Source: a virus
IMG/VR virus record: IMGVR_UViG_3300017917_002116
Coordinates: 51,421 to 115,420 of that record
DNA: 64,000 nucleotides
Strand: one strand, 5' to 3'
Shown: positions 40,191-49,284 of the stretch, piece after piece
Layout of the letters: every line of letters begins with the position of its first letter
How positions within the stretch are numbered: position 1 is the stretch's first letter
Notes under the pieces: model-generated
Databases searched by the model: none
What the model was told of the DNA's origin: nothing
What the model saw: the letters and a program-made list of their open reading frames with translations, nothing else
Program-made: the position numbers and the translations under genes

Positions 40191-41261
40191 TTGGCTACAG
40201 TCACTATTCTGAAGGGTTCGTATCGCAACACCCCCGTTCGCAACCAAACGTTCCGTTTGGTTAGCGACTTTAAGACGGGTGCCAAGGGTGCATACGTTAC
40301 TGTAGAAGATGATGGCTCGCTGGGTTTCCCTGGCAAGAGCATTCGCATTAAGGTTAAAGGTATGCAAGATATTGAAGTCGCCCGCAGTGGCGTTGAAGAC
40401 ATGAACGACAGCGAACGCCGTCGTGCCGCTAAGGATGACGGCAACGTGTTCAGCATTGTTAAGCCTGCTGAACCCGAGACTTATACTGAAACTGAAGAAG
40501 CCGCTATCGAACGCATTCGCGAACGATTCGACATTCTGGATCAGATGTCGGAAGGTTGTACTACCGGTGCAGTTCGTGCTATGATTGTGTCCGGCCCCCC
40601 TGGAGTTGGTAAGAGCTTCGGTGTTGAGCGAGTGCTCGAGCAAGCCGCTCTGTTTGACAAGATGGCTCAGCGTAAGAACCGCTTCGAGGTTGTCAAGGGT
40701 GCTATGTCAGCAATTGGTTTGTATGCCAAACTGTATCAGTTCAGCGATGCCAATAACGTGCTAGTGTTTGACGACTGTGACAGCATTCTGCTTGATGACC
40801 TGTCGCTGAACATTCTTAAGGCTGCTCTGGACTCTAGCTCTAAGCGTACTATCTCCTGGAACACTGACTCCAGCATGTTGCGTCGTGAAGGTGTACCCGA
40901 TCGTTTCGACTTTAAGGGCTCTGTGATCTTCATCACCAACATCAAGTTCGAGCACGTTCGTTCTAAGAAGTTGCGCGATCACCTGGACGCTCTGGAATCA
41001 CGTTGCCACTATCTGGACCTGACTCTGGATACCATGCGCGACAAATTCCTGCGTATCAAGCAGATCGTGCGTGACGGCATGTTGGATCGTTACGATTTCG
41101 AAGACGGTGCTAGCGATGAAATCGTCGACTACGTCTGGGAACAGCGTAACCGACTGCGCGAGCTGAGCCTGCGTACTGTGCTGAAGATTGCGGATCTGCG
41201 TAAGATGTCTGCTACCAACTGGAAGCGTCTTGCAGAAACTACGATCCTGAAGCGAGCCTAA
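40191..41261 (+). CDS. Early AAA+-like P-loop ATPase (TTG start)
   Basis: GPPGVGKS, VLVFDDCD, IFITN (sensor 1), ALESRC (Arg finger), LSLR (sensor 2); SD AGGAG. Confidence 0.85.
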   Translation: MATVTILKGSYRNTPVRNQTFRLVSDFKTGAKGAYVTVEDDGSLGFPGKSIRIKVKGMQDIEVARSGVEDMNDSERRRAAKDDGNVFSIVKPAEPETYTETEEAAIERIRERFDILDQMSEGCTTGAVRAMIVSGPPGVGKSFGVERVLEQAALFDKMAQRKNRFEVVKGAMSAIGLYAKLYQFSDANNVLVFDDCDSILLDDLSLNILKAALDSSSKRTISWNTDSSMLRREGVPDRFDFKGSVIFITNIKFEHVRSKKLRDHLDALESRCHYLDLTLDTMRDKFLRIKQIVRDGMLDRYDFEDGASDEIVDYVWEQRNRLRELSLRTVLKIADLRKMSATNWKRLAETTILKRA

Positions 41262-41266
41262 TAACA

Positions 41267-41284
41267 GGGAGGAGCAATCCTCCC
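41267..41284 (+). other. Intergenic hairpin (weak terminator or processing site)
   Basis: GGGAGGA-GCAA-TCCTCCC. Confidence 0.6.
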
Positions 41285-41299
41285 ACTTTAAGGAATATC

Positions 41300-43366
41300 A
41301 TGAAACTCCGTCCTACTCTTATTGCACTTGCAGTATCAGCGATAGCAGGAAGTGTGCAGGCACAGGTCTTTACCAATCAGGAAACTGTTGCTAAGACAAA
41401 TTACCTGAATGCTATTGGTGCACCGGCAGCATGGGCCCGTGGCATTACAGGTAAAGGAGGTGTGATCGCAGTTCTGGATAATGGTTTTGCTGTCAATCAC
41501 ACCGACATTAAACCCAACGTCCTTGCCTACAAGAATTTTTATGTAGGCGACACCTACACATGGGGCTTGCATGGAACGCAGATGGCCAGCATTGCCGCAG
41601 GCGTAGCCAACGGCGCAGGCACTGTGGGCGTGGCACCCGACGCTAAATTGATTCTTGGACAAGTCGGTACTGGCGGAACCAGTCCCAGCATCGACATGAA
41701 TGCAGTTATCAAAGGTATGACCTGGGCTGAAGGTCTCGGTGCTAATGTTATTAACCTGAGTCTTGGTAGCAACTATGACTCTACGTTCAAGGCAGGCACT
41801 ACGCAGATTGCTCCTGGTATTTTTAAGTCTGCTCCTGGTTACGGCACTATGTATGGTAACAGCCTGACTGACATGCTACAATTTACCGGTGCCACAAAGA
41901 GCACTGTGATTGTTGCCAGCGCAGGTAATAGTGCCACACCTTATGCTCAATTTCCTGCGGCATTCGCAGTACAAACGGACGCTAATGGCAATTTGATTAT
42001 GGGCGGCCGAGTGCTGATCGTTGGTAATGTCAAGTCAGATGGCAAGGGCGGCTGGGTTATGGATGCTAGCAGTAATCGAGCAGGCACCCTCTGCCAGAAA
42101 ATTGTTGCCAATGTTTGTCAAGACAAATACTATGTCAAAGACTTCTACGTCGTGGCTCCTGGAAATGCCATCTGGGGCGCAGTACCTGACGAAGCACGAA
42201 CCGCGACTGCTATCAAAGCAGGTCTAACTAATGGTGTTGGTGGCGTAACAGGAACCAGTCCCAGTGCCGCGTTGGTTAGTGGCGGCATCGCGCTCATGCG
42301 CCAGGCCTGGCCGCAACTCAAGGCAGCACAATTGGTTAATCTTGTTTTAGACACTGCTACTCCTCTCGGTGACAGCAATGTCTACGGCAAGGGTATGGTG
42401 AACTTTGACAAGGCAACGCAACCTACAGCAGGCCTGAAATACACCACTGCTAGCCTTACTTCAGGCCCTACAGTGTCTGGTACTAGTGTACAAAACACAG
42501 GTGTTGCAGTATCAGGTAATGTAGGGGCCGCACTGAAAACCAGTAGTGTGTTGCAGAGCGTTCAGGTGGTTGATGGTTTGAATCGTAACTTTACCGCAGA
42601 CTTTACCAAGGCAATCGGTGTTAATACTCCTGCAAATAGCCTTTACACTAGTCCCTATCTTGCAATGCAGAGTTTGGGCTACAAGGAATTCACTGTGCCC
42701 ATGGGCAAGGATAGTACTCTGACATTGATGCAGAGTTTTAATGGTGTAGCGGCACAATATGAAACTGGTTACAAGGAAGGTCGTATTAGTTTCCAGACCG
42801 GTACTATGACTGAACGCAACGGTTTCTTGAATAACTCTGGTACAGGCCTGTTTGGTATGGGCAATAGTGCTACCAGCTATGCAATGATCGGTGGTAGTTA
42901 CCCCATTGTTAGAAGTGTGGATCTGATCGGAAATTATGGTGTTGGTATTACTCGCACTAGTAACGCACAAGATAGCATGCTGGCCCTGAGCCCTACAATT
43001 ATCAGCGATACCTGGAAACTGGGTATTGCCAAGAAGGAGATCTTCTTCAGCGGTAGTACACAAGATCAACTGACCTTGGCAGTGCATGGACCGGTGGCAG
43101 TGCGTCGTGGTTCTGCAGACGTGACCGCTGTGACTGGCTACACTTATTCAGGTGCAGAAGATGATGTGACTGCCAATCCGATTATCAGCAAACAACGAGT
43201 CAACCTTGCGGCAGGACAACGCCAACAAGATCTGATTCTGAGCTATAGTGTTAGTGTAAGTAATAAGACTTATGCTGGTATCAGTGTTGCCAAACAGTTT
43301 AATGTTGGTGGTATCGGCGGACAAACTGGATCGGCATTTGGTCTAATGGTGCGTAGTGTGTTCTAA
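41300..43366 (+). CDS. Secreted subtilisin (S8) protease with C-terminal beta-rich, autotransporter-like domain
   Basis: Sec signal ending VQA. Triad VLDNG / HGTQMA / GTSPS; oxyanion SAGN. Alternating beta strands ending in C-terminal Phe. Confidence 0.85.
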   Translation: MKLRPTLIALAVSAIAGSVQAQVFTNQETVAKTNYLNAIGAPAAWARGITGKGGVIAVLDNGFAVNHTDIKPNVLAYKNFYVGDTYTWGLHGTQMASIAAGVANGAGTVGVAPDAKLILGQVGTGGTSPSIDMNAVIKGMTWAEGLGANVINLSLGSNYDSTFKAGTTQIAPGIFKSAPGYGTMYGNSLTDMLQFTGATKSTVIVASAGNSATPYAQFPAAFAVQTDANGNLIMGGRVLIVGNVKSDGKGGWVMDASSNRAGTLCQKIVANVCQDKYYVKDFYVVAPGNAIWGAVPDEARTATAIKAGLTNGVGGVTGTSPSAALVSGGIALMRQAWPQLKAAQLVNLVLDTATPLGDSNVYGKGMVNFDKATQPTAGLKYTTASLTSGPTVSGTSVQNTGVAVSGNVGAALKTSSVLQSVQVVDGLNRNFTADFTKAIGVNTPANSLYTSPYLAMQSLGYKEFTVPMGKDSTLTLMQSFNGVAAQYETGYKEGRISFQTGTMTERNGFLNNSGTGLFGMGNSATSYAMIGGSYPIVRSVDLIGNYGVGITRTSNAQDSMLALSPTIISDTWKLGIAKKEIFFSGSTQDQLTLAVHGPVAVRRGSADVTAVTGYTYSGAEDDVTANPIISKQRVNLAAGQRQQDLILSYSVSVSNKTYAGISVAKQFNVGGIGGQTGSAFGLMVRSVF

Positions 43367-43380
43367 GCAAACACATTCCT

Positions 43381-43406
43381 AAAAAGCAACCCCGGGGTTG
43401 CTTTTT
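43381..43406. terminator. Perfect 26-bp palindrome, bidirectional terminator
   Basis: AAAAAGCAACCCCGGGGTTGCTTTTT. Confidence 0.85.
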
Positions 43407-43425
43407 CATTGATAATAAATATTAG

Positions 43426-44148
43426 GTGATCGAAAATATTTTTATTAGCTTCACCGGCGGGACTGGTGGCAATTTTATATCTGCACTATTGTCCTCGATG
43501 AAATTTCCTGACAGAGATTTCTCTGTTAATCTTTCTGCATACGGAAACGCACACCGGTGTGTGCACTTTGACGGTATAGTTCAACCTGAATTTAGCAATG
43601 TTGACGATCCCAGAATTGTGACAGATATTAGTTTAACTGAACCAATAAAATATCCGCGCATAGGCAGAGCTCACTGGACTAGAATTCATGAATTATTAGA
43701 ATACTTTCCCAACAGCAAAGTTATCTACATTTACAGCGAACGCAGTGAGTATCAACTAATAGCCTTCAATATCTTTTTTAAAAAATTTATTGAAAATTAT
43801 GAGAAATCTGAAGCTGGGAAAATAGACTTTGTGAATTTTCTCTATAACAATAGAGACCTAGATATAGATCCGTCTACATCACCCAGGGCCCTAACTAAAA
43901 ATCAGTATTCATCGATCATCAAAAGAATTGTATCGCAACCAGATCGTCGATGGAGGAAATTATTGTATGATCACCCATCAATATTGCAGGTCAATTTTGC
44001 AGATATTGGTTACGGTCGAATGAAATTGTTAGGGCAGTTATCCACATTTACAGGCCTGCCAGTGTCAGATAATGCTCTTAATTTTTTTAGAACATATGTT
44101 GATAGACAACCAAAACCATCGGATTTTATTAATAGTCTGAAAGATTAA
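43426..44148 (+). CDS. Hypothetical protein, possibly sulfotransferase-like P-loop fold
   Basis: N-terminal FISFTGGTGGNFI..LL, H...FPNSKVIYI pattern; AT-rich. Confidence 0.5.
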   Translation: MIENIFISFTGGTGGNFISALLSSMKFPDRDFSVNLSAYGNAHRCVHFDGIVQPEFSNVDDPRIVTDISLTEPIKYPRIGRAHWTRIHELLEYFPNSKVIYIYSERSEYQLIAFNIFFKKFIENYEKSEAGKIDFVNFLYNNRDLDIDPSTSPRALTKNQYSSIIKRIVSQPDRRWRKLLYDHPSILQVNFADIGYGRMKLLGQLSTFTGLPVSDNALNFFRTYVDRQPKPSDFINSLKD

Positions 44149-44162
44149 CGCAACCAAAAAGG

Positions 44163-44192
44163 TTGCTTTATTGTCTGTAAACGTGTTATACT
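44163..44192 (+). promoter_or_regulatory. Sigma70-like promoter (extended -10) directly before uvsW ATG
   Basis: TTGCTT-N18-TATACT with TGn; ATG 7 nt downstream, no SD. Confidence 0.65.
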
Positions 44193-44199
44193 ACCGTCT

Positions 44200-45654
44200 A
44201 TGACATCTTGTACTATACATATTCGTGACGAAGTCAATATCAAAATATCAGGACTAGAAGTTAGTACCAGGAGAAAACTAGAGAAGGCGTTAAAGTATTT
44301 TATGCCCTATGCCTACCACACACCAGCATATAAACTAGGACGCTGGGACGGCTGTGTAAGTTATTTTTCTCTTGGTGGCGCTAGCTACTTCAATTTGTTA
44401 GATCGAATTCTGCCTACTATAGTAGACGAAGGCTACAAGGTAGAGGTAGATGACCAACGTTCTGCTTGGAATTTCGAATTTCCAGAAGTGTGCGAAACAA
44501 CACATGAGCAGACATTATGGCCCAAAGGTCACCCTGCCGCAGGCACACCAGTTCTTTTACGTGACTATCAAGTCACCGCCGTGAATCAGTTTCTAAAGAA
44601 TCCGCAGTGTGTTCAAGAGATTGCCACTGGTGCAGGTAAAACTGTGATGACTGCTACATTGAGCAAGTGTGTAGAAGGCTATGGACGTAGCATTGTGATT
44701 GTACCCAACAAGGATCTGGTAAAACAAACTCTAGAAGATTATGAGCTATTGGGACTGGATGTTGGTGTATATTTTGGTGACAAAAAAGAGCTAGGAAAAA
44801 CACATACCATTTGTACATGGCAAAGTCTGCATAGCCTTCAAAAACGATTCAAGGAAGGTGACAGCCCCATTGGACTGGACGAGTTCGCTGAGGACATGGT
44901 GGCGCTGATTGTTGACGAAGTGCACCAAGCCAAAGCAGATGTACTCAAACAATTACTCAGTGGACCATTTGCACATGTGCCCATACGCTGGGGACTAACA
45001 GGTACCATACCCAAAGAGGAATTTGAGCGAATTGGTCTGGTGGCATGTATAGGTAATGTGGTAAATAAGATTGCAGCCAAAGATCTTCAGGACCTGGGAG
45101 TACTTGCAAACTGCCAAGTAAATGTGTTACAATTACAAGATACCGTTGAGTATCCTACCTACCAGGAAGAATTAACTTATTTGACCACCAACACCAAACG
45201 CATAGATTTTATTGCAGAGTTTATAGATAAACTGTCTGCATCCGGCAATACTCTTGTGTTAGTGGATAGGGTTAAGTGTGGTGAGATGCTCTGTGAGAGA
45301 ATACAGGACGCTGTATTTGTTAGTGGTACAATGAAAACAACAGACAGAAAAGAGCACTACGATGAGATTAAAGAATCTGATGGCAAGGTTATTGTGGCGA
45401 CTTATGGTGTGGCCGCTGTGGGTATTAATGTTCCTCGTATTTTTAATTTGGTTCTTCTGGAGCCCGGAAAGAGCTTTGTCCGCGTTATACAAAGCATTGG
45501 GCGAGGTATTAGACGAGCTCAAGACAAGGACCATGTAGAAATCTGGGACATAACCTCCAGTGCAAAATTTAGTAAACGTCACCTTACCACCAGAAAAAAA
45601 TATTATGAAGAAGCCGGATATCCCTACAAGGTTGAGAAAGTTAGACACCAATGA
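44200..45654 (+). CDS. uvsW: SF2 DNA/RNA helicase
   Basis: LRDYQ, ATGAGKT, VDEVH, GLTGT, QSIGRGIR. Confidence 0.92.
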   Translation: MTSCTIHIRDEVNIKISGLEVSTRRKLEKALKYFMPYAYHTPAYKLGRWDGCVSYFSLGGASYFNLLDRILPTIVDEGYKVEVDDQRSAWNFEFPEVCETTHEQTLWPKGHPAAGTPVLLRDYQVTAVNQFLKNPQCVQEIATGAGKTVMTATLSKCVEGYGRSIVIVPNKDLVKQTLEDYELLGLDVGVYFGDKKELGKTHTICTWQSLHSLQKRFKEGDSPIGLDEFAEDMVALIVDEVHQAKADVLKQLLSGPFAHVPIRWGLTGTIPKEEFERIGLVACIGNVVNKIAAKDLQDLGVLANCQVNVLQLQDTVEYPTYQEELTYLTTNTKRIDFIAEFIDKLSASGNTLVLVDRVKCGEMLCERIQDAVFVSGTMKTTDRKEHYDEIKESDGKVIVATYGVAAVGINVPRIFNLVLLEPGKSFVRVIQSIGRGIRRAQDKDHVEIWDITSSAKFSKRHLTTRKKYYEEAGYPYKVEKVRHQ

Positions 45655-46151
45655 ATATACTTACAGTAGACAACAGGGCATTTGAATTGAATCAATTGCC
45701 AGACGAAGTAGAGGATTTGCGCTACGGCATACTAGACTGGAACGATCCTAAGAATGTAGACTATCACTTTGTGCCACTGATATTCATGGAAACATTTCAT
45801 GCTCCGGCCGCAGTATTAAAGATAGGTGACCATGTAGTACAAGTACCACTAGATTGGTATATTGTTATAGGTGAAAAAGAGCACGGTGATCCTGAAATTG
45901 TACCTATCATGAATATTAACGACAGGGGTTTTAGTGCCTTTGTGTTTAATCCTATTAGCAGTTTTAGGATGGATTTTTTACCGCTAGAAATTATTAATGT
46001 GTTTCAGGATGTGCGTTGGTTTACTCCTAAACTAAAACATGGACACATACTGGCAGTGCCTTTGACCACTGGCGAGAAGCCACTGTGCGCCTATTTTGTA
46101 AAAGAAACAACTAAACTTCCAGAAGTTCTCAGCATTGAAAAAATGTTTTAA
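45651..46151 (+). CDS. Hypothetical protein
   Basis: ATGA overlap with uvsW. Confidence 0.75.
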   Translation: MNILTVDNRAFELNQLPDEVEDLRYGILDWNDPKNVDYHFVPLIFMETFHAPAAVLKIGDHVVQVPLDWYIVIGEKEHGDPEIVPIMNINDRGFSAFVFNPISSFRMDFLPLEIINVFQDVRWFTPKLKHGHILAVPLTTGEKPLCAYFVKETTKLPEVLSIEKMF

Positions 46152-46153
46152 AC

Positions 46154-46654
46154 ATGGCTAGGCAAAAAACAGCAGGCGAAAAGCCCAAGTTAGATATGTT
46201 TAACAAGATACTGCCGGGCATCGACCGCAGGGATCGTAGTGTTTATGCAAACTTAAACGAAGATGAACGCAAGGCATTTGGCGCATGGCTAATCATGCGT
46301 TATATGAGCAGTGCAGAATATAGTAGGGCAGATGTAATTGAGAGATATCTAATATGCACTAATGAAGCAGTAAATGTAAATTTTAGTGACATAAAAGATG
46401 ATGAGTTCAAATGGTTGCTGATGACCACCGTGGGGTGTGGGGCAAGTATTAAGCATCCATATATTGCACCAGGTGGTGGCAAGCGCAAGAAGAAAAATCA
46501 TTTTCGTGAATGGCTGCGAGAACAATATCCACATTTAGACGATCAAGAGCTAGATCTAATGATGTCTAACATGGATAAACATATAGCCAAAGACATACTG
46601 GAACAGTTTCAGGTAAAAGATAAAGATATTATTGATAGTGCAAATGACCTATAA
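46154..46654 (+). CDS. Clamp loader small subunit-like protein (T4 gp62-like)
   Basis: E.KAF..WLIMRYMSS...NE.VN...H.YI pattern, size and replication context. Confidence 0.55.
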   Translation: MARQKTAGEKPKLDMFNKILPGIDRRDRSVYANLNEDERKAFGAWLIMRYMSSAEYSRADVIERYLICTNEAVNVNFSDIKDDEFKWLLMTTVGCGASIKHPYIAPGGGKRKKKNHFREWLREQYPHLDDQELDLMMSNMDKHIAKDILEQFQVKDKDIIDSANDL

Positions 46655-47321
46655 GTGTAAATTTTGCAAAAAAGAATTCGTCAGAGAAACAACTTTGGTC
46701 AGCCACCTTTGCGAACAAAAGCGCAGAATAGCAGCCAAAGATGACAAACAAAATAGAATAGCATATTTAAGTTGGTTGACATTTAGAAAGACCACCATAG
46801 CGAATACTAAAAAAGATAAACCCTACGAAGATTTTGCCACCAGCAGATACTATACTGATTTCATGAAATTGAGTAAGTATATGATAGAACTTAAATTAGA
46901 CTGTGATGACTTTATAAAGTTCTTACTCAAGCATAGTGTAAAAATGTCTGACTGGACAAAGAATTTTGTCTACGAAGAATACGTGCGTGAAAAATTAAAG
47001 AAGGAAACGGTGGAACGTGCAGTAGAGAGAAGTATTCTGCACATGAAAGAATGGGCCGAAAAGACAGGCGGCAGTTGGGAAGAATATTTTGCCAAAGTAC
47101 CACCAGCGCAGGCAGTACATGATTTTAAAACAGGCAGGCTAAGTCCCTGGTGTACTTTCGCCACAGACCAAGGTAGTAGATTGATAGATAGACTCGAACC
47201 AGGTCAGATCACTGACCTTATTGAATTTTTAGACGCCAAGCCCTGGAGGGCTCGTGTAAAAAGACAGGCAGCAGACGCAGCCTGGGTGCAACTAGTTTTT
47301 AACAAAGCAGGAATACTATGA
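46644..47321 (+). CDS. Zinc-finger protein (C-x2-C-x12-H-x-C)
   Basis: MTYKCKFCKKEFVRETTLVSHLC. Confidence 0.7.
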   Translation: MTYKCKFCKKEFVRETTLVSHLCEQKRRIAAKDDKQNRIAYLSWLTFRKTTIANTKKDKPYEDFATSRYYTDFMKLSKYMIELKLDCDDFIKFLLKHSVKMSDWTKNFVYEEYVREKLKKETVERAVERSILHMKEWAEKTGGSWEEYFAKVPPAQAVHDFKTGRLSPWCTFATDQGSRLIDRLEPGQITDLIEFLDAKPWRARVKRQAADAAWVQLVFNKAGIL

Positions 47322-47545
47322 ATCAATATGCAGAAAAACCTAGGGTAGCGGCATTACTACGCTCGCCCATCAAGGAGAATTCAACAGCCAAGGTTGTTAA
47401 TGGCATGGTGGAGATAATCATTGATGGCGAACGAGTACTTGCACCCAGCATGGAGGCCTTTGCCAAGTTAGCAGCCAAGGTGGCCAGTCTGGAACAACGA
47501 CTAAACAATGTAGAAAATAAAACTAATAGGGTTAGGCGCGAATGA
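47318..47545 (+). CDS. Small protein with C-terminal coiled coil
   Basis: ATGA overlaps on both sides. Confidence 0.7.
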   Translation: MNQYAEKPRVAALLRSPIKENSTAKVVNGMVEIIIDGERVLAPSMEAFAKLAAKVASLEQRLNNVENKTNRVRRE

Positions 47546-48105
47546 GCACAGATATTGATATAGACTTTGCAGATAGAGAACAAGTACTCAAGGTCTTAAA
47601 GCATACACCTGCAATGCAGATGGATGGGAATAAACCACGCAAACATAATACAGGTGTTTACTTTCATCATGTACCACTGAATCCATTTACTGGATTGAGC
47701 ACTCTTGATTATAAACAGGCAGAAGAAGAGGGTTGGTTTAAAATAGACCTGCTTAATGTAGGCATATACACAGATTTTAAAAGCAATGAAGAAATTGATG
47801 AGCTTTTAGAAAAAGAACCCGTATGGGAAATGTTGCAACACAGGGAAATAATTGAGCAATTATTTCACATACATAATCACGCAGACACGGTGATTAAAAT
47901 GCGGCCCACAAGTATAGAGCAGTTGGCCATGGTCCTGGCCTGTATACGTCCAGGTAAACGGCACCTAATAGGTAAATCCTGGGCGGAGATTGAACGTGAA
48001 GTTTGGGTTAAAACTGATGATGCTTATAGTTTCAAGCAAAGTCACGCTATTGGGTATGCTGTGGCTATTGTGCTACAGATGAACAAAATGGCTTATAGTT
48101 TTTGA
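47542..48105 (+). CDS. dnaE: Miniature DNA polymerase III alpha (DnaE) catalytic fragment
   Basis: DIDIDF, HNTGVY, FKIDLL, FHI, RPTSIEQLAMVLACIRPG, YSFKQSHAIGYA, collinear with DnaE palm/finger motifs. Confidence 0.85.
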   Translation: MSTDIDIDFADREQVLKVLKHTPAMQMDGNKPRKHNTGVYFHHVPLNPFTGLSTLDYKQAEEEGWFKIDLLNVGIYTDFKSNEEIDELLEKEPVWEMLQHREIIEQLFHIHNHADTVIKMRPTSIEQLAMVLACIRPGKRHLIGKSWAEIEREVWVKTDDAYSFKQSHAIGYAVAIVLQMNKMAYSF

Positions 48106-48461
48106 ACTAACTGAATTTGTCTGCGTTTAATTCTTTTTGTTATTATATTTTGTAGGCTAACGGGTATACCGTGAATAATGTCGAAGTCTTTTACATTAAA
48201 TGTTTTAAGACAGTAACTTAATTGTTTGAATCTGGGGCCTATGACGAGATTAATGGGGAGAGTTCTACTACTGCCCCACCACCATTCTTCCCCGAGTTCT
48301 AGAAATAATTGTTTGTCGTCCTTGCCCTGCAGGTTGTTATAGACATAAACGCTAGCTATGGTAGTGGTATAATTCTGAATTATGCCCAAAAACTCCTCTT
48401 CGCCGCTCTTACACAAACTCAAAAATGGGAATTTTTCTAATATTTCGTTATGGTTCGCCAT
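48093..48461 (-). CDS. Hypothetical late protein
   Basis: Minus-strand TAAATA 6 nt before ATG. Confidence 0.7.
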   Translation of the reverse strand: MANHNEILEKFPFLSLCKSGEEEFLGIIQNYTTTIASVYVYNNLQGKDDKQLFLELGEEWWWGSSRTLPINLVIGPRFKQLSYCLKTFNVKDFDIIHGIPVSLQNIITKRIKRRQIQLVQKL

Positions 48462-48501
48462 CGGTTATATTTAGTTGAGTCAATTCAAAATAAATATAAC
48501 T

Positions 48502-49284
48502 ATGAGTGACACAATTACATTTACAGACTACCCACAGCGTGTTATATTAATAGACGCTGAAGGTTATAGTAGGACAAGAAACATGCCATTTAATACCACA
48601 CGTAAAACCATCTATAAAGGTGTAGACAGCGTTATTGGATTCGACGTTAAGAATCAGGATAGAAAACCCATCAACCTATTGGGTAAAACTGTAATGGTTA
48701 ACCTAATGCAGGTTCGCACTGGTGAGCTACTAGTTCAGCGCAGAGCAAAATTGGTCAAACCAGAAGATGGATTCTGTGAATTTACCATATTCAGCAGTGA
48801 TGTAGTAGACCTGGATCCAGGCATGTATCAGCTCAGTGCAGTTACCTATGAGACAGATGGCTTGGCAAGAACTCTATACACTGATGGCAATAGACGTGCC
48901 ACACTGGAAGTAGAATTGTTGGATGGCGCATATCCAAAATTCCTACCAAGTACAGAATTGTCATTTACACAATTGGGCAGTAGTTTTGTAAGTCAACCCG
49001 TTGCTAGCAATCTACAAAAGAATGACAGCAGCACTCTGCATACCATTCAAATAGGTGTCACCAATTATACCGGTACAATCGAAGCATTGGTTAGTTTAGA
49101 ATATGATAGCATGGGTAATTATTTCCCTGTCAAGTTTGTCAATGACAAATACAAAATCGAGTTCACCAATACAACTGACATACAAGGATGGAATTTTATC
49201 GCCGATGCTCGTTGGATAAAAATAGTCTATACTCCGGATCCATCCAACACTGGAACAGTTGACAAAATACTCTACAGAAGCTAA
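48502..49284 (+). CDS. Probable virion/baseplate structural protein (beta-rich, BppU-like N-terminus)
   Basis: IYKGVDSVIGFDVKNQDRKPINL..DLDPG.YQ; late promoter TAAATA at 48491. Confidence 0.55.
   Translation: MSDTITFTDYPQRVILIDAEGYSRTRNMPFNTTRKTIYKGVDSVIGFDVKNQDRKPINLLGKTVMVNLMQVRTGELLVQRRAKLVKPEDGFCEFTIFSSDVVDLDPGMYQLSAVTYETDGLARTLYTDGNRRATLEVELLDGAYPKFLPSTELSFTQLGSSFVSQPVASNLQKNDSSTLHTIQIGVTNYTGTIEALVSLEYDSMGNYFPVKFVNDKYKIEFTNTTDIQGWNFIADARWIKIVYTPDPSNTGTVDKILYRS

Noticed and set aside
39882-40643. 253-aa minus-strand ORF
   Set aside because: Overlaps the ATPase, its promoters and a terminator; no recognisable motifs.
44162-44170. TTGCTTTA as a T4 MotA box
   Set aside because: Spacing to the -10 (16 nt) fits a -35 hexamer rather than a MotA box, and the motif does not recur at other promoters.
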